Of a stretch of DNA of 64,000 bases, positions 57,410-64,000 are shown piece by piece (within the stretch, counting starts at the first letter, position 1; the number at the start of each line of letters is the position of its first letter). Below the pieces are notes generated by a model. It searched no databases and was not told where the DNA came from. It saw nothing but the letters and a program-made list of their open reading frames with translations. A program made the translations under genes and the position numbers. The stretch is from Candidatus Eremiobacteria bacterium (GTDB lineage Bacteria > Vulcanimicrobiota > Vulcanimicrobiia > Vulcanimicrobiales > Vulcanimicrobiaceae): the NCBI GenBank assembly GCA_963808755.1, contig CAWEGP010000002.1, positions 379,245 through 443,244 of the forward strand, given 5' to 3'.

Positions 57410-58060
57410 TCAGCGTGTACCAAACGCGGCACCGCGAGCGCGCGCAACCCGTTCCTTGAACGTCGGCGGTCCGAAATCACGGAAGTCGTTGACGATTTGC
57501 TGATAGCGCGGGTCGGCAAGTGAGGTGCTCTGCAGTTTCAAAAGGTCTTTTGGGTTGTCTTTGGAGAGATTCAATTGGTACTGCCGTCCCGCAGTCGTTG
57601 CCCAATAATGCGGATCGGTAAATGAAACGGTGCGCTCGCCGCGCTTGAAATCCGCGAGCTGCTTCACGTAGATCGTGTAGTGGACAGCCGTGTTTCCGCG
57701 AGGCGGCTGATTTACCAATTCCCACACACCGTCTTGATCGAGTTTACCGAAGAAAAAGCTTACGTCGTACATCTGATGCGGCGGAGCGGTGATGGTCGTC
57801 TGTTTACCGCTGTACGTTCGAATACGATACTGAAACGTGGAGAGACCCTCCACGTCTTGCATGCTGTACTCTTCCTCGTAAACCGGCGGTTTGTCGTAGC
57901 GGATGTGCAGACGGCTATAGATCTCGCTCGGCGCATGTTGCGCGCGCGAAACAGAATTCACGTGTGAGAACTCGGTCCTGCCGTAGTACACACGGTATCC
58001 GATGATCGCCATGATGATGACGAAGACGAAGATGGCTCCAGCCACGGGGAAACGGCGCAT
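57410..58060 (-). CDS. Membrane-anchored hypothetical protein (N-terminal TM helix, periplasmic domain)
   Basis: 'AGAIFVFVIIMAIIGY' is a TM segment. No recognisable domain. 3-nt gap to the CE4 gene. Confidence 0.4.
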   Translation of the reverse strand: MRRFPVAGAIFVFVIIMAIIGYRVYYGRTEFSHVNSVSRAQHAPSEIYSRLHIRYDKPPVYEEEYSMQDVEGLSTFQYRIRTYSGKQTTITAPPHQMYDVSFFFGKLDQDGVWELVNQPPRGNTAVHYTIYVKQLADFKRGERTVSFTDPHYWATTAGRQYQLNLSKDNPKDLLKLQSTSLADPRYQQIVNDFRDFGPPTFKERVARARGAAFGTR

Positions 58061-58071
58061 GACGTGCGTGC

Positions 58072-58515
58072 TTACGAAGGCGACGCGGAGGCTTCCTGGT
58101 CTAACACTTCGTTCACCAGGCGGTCGGCGAGCGCGTTGTCTTTGCGACGAACATGCGCGATGTCGACATGCTCGAATTTTGAAAGGAGTCCGCGCGCCCG
58201 CCGGAAGAGCGGTTGCAGCGCTTCATGCTTCACGCGGTATTCGCCGCGCATTTGTTTGACGACGAGCTCGGAATCCAGCCGCACCGCGAGCCGGCGTATG
58301 CCCAGCTCGGCTGCATGCTCGAGACCGATGCAAAGGGCGGTCCACTCGGCCACGTTATTCGTTGCCCGGCCCAGATAGAGGCCAACTTGGTCGATGATTG
58401 CTCCGTTGCCGTCGACCAATACGGCTCCGCTGGCCGCCGGGCCAGGGTTGCCGCGCGACCCCCCATCGGCAAAGAGCGTCGCCTCATTCGCAAGAGCGTC
58501 GAAAAATCCGGGCAT
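58072..58515 (-). CDS. RNase H (type I, RNase HI-like) domain protein (start at internal ATG 58515)
   Basis: 'LFADGGSRGNPGPAASGAVL...NNVAEWTALCIGLEHA...LAVRLDSELVVKQ...HVRRKDNALADRLVNE' gives the D-E-D catalytic pattern. Confidence 0.6.
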   Translation of the reverse strand: MPGFFDALANEATLFADGGSRGNPGPAASGAVLVDGNGAIIDQVGLYLGRATNNVAEWTALCIGLEHAAELGIRRLAVRLDSELVVKQMRGEYRVKHEALQPLFRRARGLLSKFEHVDIAHVRRKDNALADRLVNEVLDQEASASPS

Positions 58516-58587
58516 CGCCTCGCTCTTCCTCGCAAGCAACGGGTTCTCTTCTCCCGTGACGACCGGGCGGGAGCGGGGTATACTGTC

Positions 58588-58938
58588 ATGGCTATGCGCA
58601 ACACATTGTTTTCATCATTGCTTGCCGTGGCTGCTGCCGCGGCTATCGCGCTCCCGCAGGCGGCGCTGGCTGCGAACGTCTTCTACGGCATCACCGTCCA
58701 CGTCTCGACGAGCAACATCAAGGTAGAGGATCCCAAGACCAAGCAAACATTGAGTTTCGCGCTGGTCCCGAAATTCGATCAGGTCTTTTCCGCCAACGGC
58801 AAGACCACATACCAGATGCGAGCGGTCAAAGCCGGACAGTATGTCGGCGTGATCTACGATCAAAAGGCGTTGGGCGTGCGGCACGCGGATAAGATTTATC
58901 TACTGAACAACGCGAATCAAAAAATTCAATCGCAATAA
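58588..58938 (+). CDS. Small secreted hypothetical protein (start at internal ATG 58588)
   Basis: Signal peptide 'MAMRNTLFSSLLAVAAAAAIALPQAALA'. 116 aa. Confidence 0.4.
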   Translation: MAMRNTLFSSLLAVAAAAAIALPQAALAANVFYGITVHVSTSNIKVEDPKTKQTLSFALVPKFDQVFSANGKTTYQMRAVKAGQYVGVIYDQKALGVRHADKIYLLNNANQKIQSQ

Positions 58939-58963
58939 CACTCCTTCGGAATTCATGAATGGT

Positions 58964-58998
58964 ATCGGAACGCAATCGCGTTCCGATTTTTTTTGCGC
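58964..58998 (+). terminator. Rho-independent terminator
   Basis: ATCGGAACGC aatc GCGTTCCGAT followed by TTTTTTTT. Confidence 0.7.
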
Positions 58999-59074
58999 GT
59001 TTCAGAGTTTCTTCATTAATCTCCGGCTAGATATCCCAAACGCACGAGCTATTCACCATTTCGGGGTTCGATCA

Positions 59075-59428
59075 ATGCGCAACCGTTTTCATATTCTCGC
59101 CCTAACAACGCTCTCAATGCTTCTGGCAGCGTCCACGCAAGCAGCCCGCGCAGACTCGATTGATGTAAACGCGGTTCCGAGCAGCTTTTCACCTGCAACG
59201 ATCGTTATGCACACTGGGCAAACCACGACCCTGCACTTTTCGCGCACGCAGGGCGTTCACGGCATAGCATCGTCGGAACTCGGAATCCCGAACACGATTC
59301 TGGCTCCGGGTAAGGACGTCGATATCGCGGTCACGCCCAAAAAGGCCGGAACCTACGTCATCCACTGCCTGCTCGTATGCGGATCGGATCACGACAACAT
59401 GACGTTGACGGTGCGCGTTGAGGCGTGA
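59075..59428 (+). CDS. Secreted cupredoxin-like (type-1 copper-like) small protein
   Basis: Signal peptide 'MRNRFHILALTTLSMLLAASTQAARA'. C-terminal ligand cluster 'GVHG...YVIHCLLVCGSDHDNM' (His...Cys...His...Met). TGA overlaps the next ATG. Confidence 0.5.
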   Translation: MRNRFHILALTTLSMLLAASTQAARADSIDVNAVPSSFSPATIVMHTGQTTTLHFSRTQGVHGIASSELGIPNTILAPGKDVDIAVTPKKAGTYVIHCLLVCGSDHDNMTLTVRVEA

Positions 59429-60546
59429 TGCGAATCTTCGCGGCGGTGCTCTTCGCCGCCGGCCTCTTTGCCGCCGGCGTGAAATGGGCGCAGGCGATGC
59501 CGCCCTTTGCGGAAGCTTACGCAGCCAACTGCACCCTGTGCCATACGCAAGTCCCCACGCTCAATGCGTACGGCCGGTACGTGCAGCGCAGCGGTTACAC
59601 GGCACTCGACCGCAATGTGCTCAAACGAGCAGTGCCGCTATGGGTCGGTGCGAACCCCAGTTACGATTCACAGGATCCGAACGCACCGCACCGCCTCCTC
59701 GTTGGCAACGTCGCCGTTCATGCGGTCGGCTATCTCGCAACCGATTGGACGTATCACGTTCAGCAATGGATTACGCAACATAATCAAGCCGGCGGCCTGG
59801 ATACGGCCTGGGTGGCCTACAACAATCTCTTTCATCACGAGGGCCACCTGTTCATTGGCAAGATCGAATCGGCCGCGCCGTCGCCGTTTAGTCAATGGTC
59901 CGACCTCGCATCATTCGGTACACCGGAAATCGTGGTTGGTGAACACCCGTACCAGTTGGATGCCAATCGCTGGGGAAGCCGCTTCGCATTTGTTCGCGGC
60001 TCGCTCGACGCCGAAGTTGGATGGCTCGGCAGCGGCGACGATCTGGGCGGCACGAGCGAGTTTTCGAACATCGACAAAACCGTGCAATGGAAAGTCGCGG
60101 ACGCAAACCCCAAGCGGCCGCTGGAGTTCGGCGCATTCGGATCGCGCGGCGCCTTTCCGTTGCCGGAAGGCGGCACGGATCAATACCGCTCCATCGCCGC
60201 GTACGTGCAACGTGATCCGACCTCGAACTTTCCCGGCGTATTGCTCGTCTACCAAAGCGCCTTCGACAGCAATGCGGGCAACGGCAACGGCTCTGCAGCG
60301 AGTACTGCCGCAACCGCTGAACTGTACCGCACGATTTTGAACCAACAGGCGGTTATCGGGGTCCGCAAAGAGTTCTCGAACGACGGTCTCGGAACGCAAC
60401 TCCAGAGCGGAAATATCGACTTCGAATATCAGGTGGCCCGGTTCGTTCACGCGTACGTCGAGGTGTACATGGCGCAAAACGCCAAGCCCGGATACCGCTA
60501 TATGCTCTGGTGGACCACGCCGCTGTCGCGGCCGCTGCAGCAATAA
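59428..60546 (+). CDS. Cyc2-like fused monoheme cytochrome c / outer-membrane porin (candidate iron oxidase / extracellular electron-transfer protein)
   Basis: Signal peptide, then immediately 'MPPFAEAYAANCTLCH' (PxFAxxYxxxCxxCH with a single CxxCH). The remaining roughly 330 aa are beta-barrel-like, ending in aromatic-rich 'YRYMLWWTTPL'. Confidence 0.5.
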   Translation: MRIFAAVLFAAGLFAAGVKWAQAMPPFAEAYAANCTLCHTQVPTLNAYGRYVQRSGYTALDRNVLKRAVPLWVGANPSYDSQDPNAPHRLLVGNVAVHAVGYLATDWTYHVQQWITQHNQAGGLDTAWVAYNNLFHHEGHLFIGKIESAAPSPFSQWSDLASFGTPEIVVGEHPYQLDANRWGSRFAFVRGSLDAEVGWLGSGDDLGGTSEFSNIDKTVQWKVADANPKRPLEFGAFGSRGAFPLPEGGTDQYRSIAAYVQRDPTSNFPGVLLVYQSAFDSNAGNGNGSAASTAATAELYRTILNQQAVIGVRKEFSNDGLGTQLQSGNIDFEYQVARFVHAYVEVYMAQNAKPGYRYMLWWTTPLSRPLQQ

Positions 60547-60570
60547 TCCGGCGAGCCGTCGTAACTGCTC

Positions 60571-60601
60571 TTGACCTTGACGTTACGTCATGGCGTAGCG
60601 T
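60571..60601 (+). promoter_or_regulatory. MerR-type promoter: -35 TTGACC, 19-bp spacer containing perfect palindrome TGACGTtACGTCA, -10 TAGCGT
   Basis: Read directly: cTTGACCttgacgttacgtcatggcgTAGCGT, 20 nt upstream of the MerR ATG. Confidence 0.45.
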
Positions 60602-60620
60602 AGCCGGAGTGAGAGCACCG

Positions 60621-61379
60621 ATGGAAGCCCCGCAAACACGCCTCTACCAAACGAAGGAATTCGCCGCGAAGGCGGGCGTCACGCCCCGCACGCTGCATTT
60701 CTACGATCGTCTTGGCCTGCTCAAACCGGCAACGCGAACGGAATCCGGATATCGCCTGTACGGTGAAGCGGAGCTCGTGCGCCTCGAGCAGATTTTGGCG
60801 TTACGTTTTGTGGGACTCGGTCTCGATCAAATCAAGAAACTGCTCGAAGGGCCGCCGCAACCACTCATCGTGGCGCTGCGTATGCAGCGAATCATGATCG
60901 TTCAAGAACAAGCTCGTTTACAACAAGCGATCGACGCGATCGAACGAGCGGAACGCGTTCTCGCTCTGAGTTCGGATGAAAACCGGTGGGCGGCCCTTCA
61001 ACACGTGATCGAGGTACTACGAATGGAACGCGACTGGAGTTGGACAGACAACTACTATACCGATGAGGATCGGGAGAAACTCGCCGACATCCGCAAGACG
61101 ACGTCCAAAGAAACGATCGAACGCGGAGAGCGCGAGTGGGCTGAATTGATCGCCGAAGTGGAAGCATCGACACACGAAGATCCGCAGAGTGACCACGCCC
61201 AAAGCCTCGCACGCCGCTGGAAAGATCTGGTCCAGCAATTCACCAAAGGCGACCAAGGCATTTCGAAGGGGCTCAATAAGCTCTGGACCGATCAAACCCA
61301 TTGGCCGAAAGACTTCAAGCGCCCATGGAGCGACGAAGCCGACGCCTTCATCCGCAAAGCGATGCAATGCAAGTCATAA
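60621..61379 (+). CDS. MerR-family transcriptional regulator with long C-terminal effector domain (TipAL/Mta-like architecture); start at internal ATG 60621
   Basis: 'LYQTKEFAAKAGVTPRTLHFYDRLGLLKPATRTESGYRLYGEAELVRLEQILALRFVGLGLDQIKKLL' is a MerR HTH plus dimerisation helix. Confidence 0.75.
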   Translation: MEAPQTRLYQTKEFAAKAGVTPRTLHFYDRLGLLKPATRTESGYRLYGEAELVRLEQILALRFVGLGLDQIKKLLEGPPQPLIVALRMQRIMIVQEQARLQQAIDAIERAERVLALSSDENRWAALQHVIEVLRMERDWSWTDNYYTDEDREKLADIRKTTSKETIERGEREWAELIAEVEASTHEDPQSDHAQSLARRWKDLVQQFTKGDQGISKGLNKLWTDQTHWPKDFKRPWSDEADAFIRKAMQCKS

Positions 61380-61385
61380 CGAAAG

Positions 61386-61420
61386 CGGCCGGATCAAATG
61401 ATCCGGCCGACTTCTTATTA
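61386..61420 (+). terminator. Rho-independent terminator after the MerR gene
   Basis: CGGCCGGATC aaat GATCCGGCCG, a perfect 10-bp stem, followed by ACTTCTTATTAT. Confidence 0.65.
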
Positions 61421-61452
61421 TGGTGGGGCTGGCTGCATTCGAACCAGCGAGC
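61421..61452 (-). other. tRNA-like 3' fragment (T-arm GGTTCGAAT plus acceptor 3' strand plus CCA, on the minus strand); possible att-site remnant, not a complete tRNA
   Basis: Reverse complement reads ...GCTGGTTCGAATGCAGCCAGCCCCACCA. No matching 5' acceptor/D/anticodon arms upstream. Confidence 0.25.
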
Positions 61453-61647
61453 TTTTGATTCATTGCAATGAAGCACGGCCCTCCCCGCCATGCGGAAATG
61501 CGCGCCCATTAGAGGCATCTGAGGCCGTCGAACACGTCGCGTTGGGTCGCAAATTGGGTCATAAGCTCCTCGCAACCTATCGCGGCTCGATTCTGGCAAG
61601 AGACTCGGTTCGCGCCATGAATCCTTGGAGTGAGGGGAGGGTGAGTA

Positions 61648-62289
61648 ATGGACTACAAGGACGCGCTTGTTGCTACAGCAAGTGTAGCCGCCGTTTTGTG
61701 GACGGGAGGCCTGATTGTTCGTCAGCTCTACGCGAACGTCATCACCAACAGCATCGTATCCGGGATGGAGTTTTGCATGTTTAGTGCGCTCGCATCCATC
61801 TTCGGCCTGATATTCATTGGTGGCCCACTCGTCTTCGCAGCCGGCGTGTTCTTTCTTTACTATCTACGCCAATACTTTGTACTTTGGCTCAGCCTTCGTG
61901 ATCTCAATGCGCCTTGGTCTCCACATCCGCGGGACGTGACGAACGACGAAGGCAAGAAACAGTGGGAACAAAACGACTACGAGTACCTCCGAAATTACGG
62001 ATACGAGCTCGTTCCGTATATCATCGTGATGCTGTTCCCCACGCAATTCGTCGTTGCACTCGTTTCCGTCGTGATGCTTTACTTCGGGTATCAGGGCATC
62101 CTAGGCCGTCTCAATACGGCATGGTCCGCGCCAATCATGCGGCAGCGCGACAAGTTAAAGCTCGACAGGATGAAGGTCAAATACGAGCGCCAGTTTTGGG
62201 ATAAACAATGGCAGGTAGGGATTGCGCAAATCCTGGCCGAGATTCGCGACAGGCTGCCACCGCCATCTGGATCACGAACTGGCGAATGA
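61648..62289 (+). CDS. Integral membrane hypothetical protein encoded in a visibly lower-GC segment
   Basis: 3-4 predicted TM helices ('LIFIGGPLVFAAGVFFLYYL', 'YIIVMLFPTQFVVALVSVVMLYFGY'). GGAGG SD. Local GC clearly below the window average. Confidence 0.45.
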   Translation: MDYKDALVATASVAAVLWTGGLIVRQLYANVITNSIVSGMEFCMFSALASIFGLIFIGGPLVFAAGVFFLYYLRQYFVLWLSLRDLNAPWSPHPRDVTNDEGKKQWEQNDYEYLRNYGYELVPYIIVMLFPTQFVVALVSVVMLYFGYQGILGRLNTAWSAPIMRQRDKLKLDRMKVKYERQFWDKQWQVGIAQILAEIRDRLPPPSGSRTGE

Positions 62290-62396
62290 ACCGGGCCTCG
62301 CTTCGCATTGCGACCCGGGTGCGGTTGAGCTTCAGAAAGGAACGGTTAGGCAACTGGAACGCCAAAGGTTGTTCCCCTGTCGCCTCCCTGTGGTGT

Positions 62397-63106
62397 TACG
62401 CCAAAAGGCGATGGGCTTGAGCAGCGGTCCACTCCTTGCCGCGCCTCGTCGTGTGGCCGGCCTCGTTCAATGCATCCGCTATCGCCTGATAACTCTTGCC
62501 TCTGTTCGAATACGTTTTGCGATCGGCAGCAGGTGTTCATTCGTGGCGGCCGCAGATGCGCGCCGCGCTGCAGCGCTAGCTCGGCCACCGCGCGCTTTGC
62601 ATCCTCTACGGTGGGGCTTTGCTGTACCGTCGCTGCCGCGCCCCACTCCAAACCGCGTGCAGCACGCGCCGCAAGCGCAGCCTTTGTGCGGGCACTGACC
62701 TTCGCGCTTTCGTCCTCCGCCACAACAGCATAGAGGCCGATTGTCAGTCGCGTTGCGCAGGGCAGATCGCAAATGACGAACGGAACGTCTGCCGCGTCCA
62801 ACATGCGAAATGCGAAAGCAGCACGACGCGAAAGACGATCTAACTTCGCGATGACCAGCGTTGCCATTCTGCGCGAGCGTGAGCAAGCGCTTTCGAGAGT
62901 TCCGGTCGATCGTCGCGTCTGCCAGATTCAACCTCGGAGTGCGACGCGACAAATTCGCAATTGCTCGAGGCAACATGCGCGGCAACTGCGGCCTGTTGCG
63001 CTTCAAGTCCAAGGCCAGAGCGGCCCTGTTTATCAGTGCTAACGCGGTAGTAGGCAATTAATCTGCACTTCATCGGTTGCATCGTAACAGATGCCGGGGC
63101 AGGCAC
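62397..63106 (-). mobile_element. Degraded small serine recombinase (resolvase/invertase) gene spread over three reading frames (pseudogene)
   Basis: Frame 1 'IAYYRVSTDKQGRSGLGLEAQ' (catalytic Ser motif). Frame 2 'LVIAKLDRLSRR...GLYAVVAEDESAKVSARTKAALAARAARG'. Frame 3 'RGKSYQAIADALNEAGHTTRRGKEWTAAQAHRLLA*' (HTH), ending at TAA 62397-62399. Confidence 0.55.
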
Positions 63107-63140
63107 CTACAAGTATATGTTACGGTCCCTTCAATGAGAC

Positions 63141-63581
63141 TCAGACGCGTGGCCGACGCGCACTCAGTGCTTGTGGGTAGACCGACGGCGGAGGCCAGCG
63201 TTGCACGGGGCGGCCATCCCTGCGACGCCATTGCGCATATTTGATCCGTGAATCAACGATGTTAAATCTGATTTCGATGTTCGAGCCGTCCGAATCATAG
63301 GCCATCAGGACGATGCGATCAATGATCGTGGGCTCCGAGGTCTCCTCAAAATAAAAACGGCCAGTCCTCCCATCCGAATCCCGTTCTTCCCCGCTCACTT
63401 TCAAGTCGGTCGGAAATGGATAGCCAGTCCATTCCTCAGGGAACAACTCCGCGATCTGTCTGATCATTGCCGCGTAGCGCTTTTCTAGATCATCCATATC
63501 TGCCGCATTCACCGTGCGAATCTGGCACCCTAGAAAGATGTCCGCAAGACCGTTAAACCGCTGCGGACGAGGCGTAAACAC
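63141..63581 (-). CDS. Hypothetical protein (possibly starting at internal Met 'MDDLEKRY...')
   Basis: ORF only. No recognisable motifs. Lies upstream of the decayed recombinase. Confidence 0.3.
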   Translation of the reverse strand: MFTPRPQRFNGLADIFLGCQIRTVNAADMDDLEKRYAAMIRQIAELFPEEWTGYPFPTDLKVSGEERDSDGRTGRFYFEETSEPTIIDRIVLMAYDSDGSNIEIRFNIVDSRIKYAQWRRRDGRPVQRWPPPSVYPQALSARRPRV

Positions 63582-64000
63582 CCCCGGCCCCCAAACAAAC
63601 TGTGCTCGATACGTAGCGACGCCGGCCTATTAAATTCGCCCTCACGCGAGCCCGTTTTTTGCGGGTCTCCTTTTCGCGTTTTCGCTTCTAGCGTAATGGA
63701 AGTACCTGCGGAAAACGCTGCACCTAGGAATTGACATTCGGTGGGTACCCCCGCAGCAGCAGACAAAATGGAACCGCATGTCGTTGGAGCACCACCTCAA
63801 AACTCACCTGTTACAATATCCGATTCGGCCCGCCATTAGTGCGCGCTTCTTCGTAGGTGGGGGATGGGTATGTATGGTCTTCGATTCTTGGCTGGAACCA
63901 AAAGGCGCTCGTGGAAAAATCCGAGGGCTTTCGAAAAGCGCGTCTGTGACTCTTCCACAAAATCGGGCTCTGTGCATCGTAGAACCGGCACGGCCCACTT

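Noticed and set aside
61421-61500. Complete tRNA gene on the minus strand
   Set aside because: Only a T-arm/acceptor-3'-like segment is recognisable. Upstream bases do not form acceptor 5', D or anticodon arms, and the T-stem has a G-G mismatch at the loop-closing pair.
62222-62698. Plus-strand ORFs overlapping the recombinase remnant
   Set aside because: Antisense to recognisable resolvase motifs. Arg/Ala low-complexity.
1-64000. CRISPR arrays, rRNA genes, large tandem repeats
   Set aside because: Scanned by eye. No spaced direct repeats or rRNA-like conserved segments seen. The only repeated element found is the two-copy REP-like palindrome.

Overview
This 64 kb window is a GC-rich (roughly 60-63 percent), gene-dense stretch of bacterial chromosome. 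It is probably from a diderm bacterium: there are many Sec/Tat signal peptides, lipoprotein lipoboxes, and two giant TonB-dependent-receptor-like outer-membrane proteins with carboxypeptidase-regulatory-like N-termini. No rRNA gene, complete tRNA gene or CRISPR array was found. All calls are by eye from sequence and motifs; no homology search was possible.

Main content, in order:
- a cobalt-type nitrile hydratase cluster whose beta subunit is split into two ORFs and which is translationally coupled to a MocR-type regulator;
- an M1 aminopeptidase;
- an AraC regulator next to an outer-membrane beta-barrel;
- a secretome-rich stretch (beta-propeller proteins, NIPSNAP, DUF4097, YVTN lipoprotein, discoidin glycoside-hydrolase-like protein, a two-domain pepsin-like aspartic protease);
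- a SWIM-SNF2 helicase;
- Hsp20 behind a near-consensus sigma70 promoter;
- an SPFH protein;
- a LuxR regulator next to a receiver domain and a PP2C phosphatase on separate ORFs;
- creatininase plus a solute-binding protein, an AtoE transporter, a POT and a DHA2 MFS transporter;
- a MarR-GNAT fusion;
- a GntR regulator coupled to a PLDc_N membrane protein, divergent from an HNxxH FtsH-M41-like pseudoprotease;
- a MocR, aminotransferase and PhzF cassette;
- a NUDIX, GNAT, DUF3465, CE4 deacetylase and RNase H-like cluster;
- a cupredoxin gene overlapping a Cyc2-like fused cytochrome c-porin (CxxCH immediately after the signal peptide);
- an autoregulatory-looking MerR promoter;
- at the 3' end, a lower-GC remnant of a mobile element (tRNA-like fragment, multi-frame serine recombinase pseudogene).

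The most interesting candidates are the cupredoxin/Cyc2-like electron-transfer module, the three-ORF nitrile hydratase, and the standalone inactive M41-like domain. Several rho-independent terminators and a repeated REP-like palindrome are also annotated.
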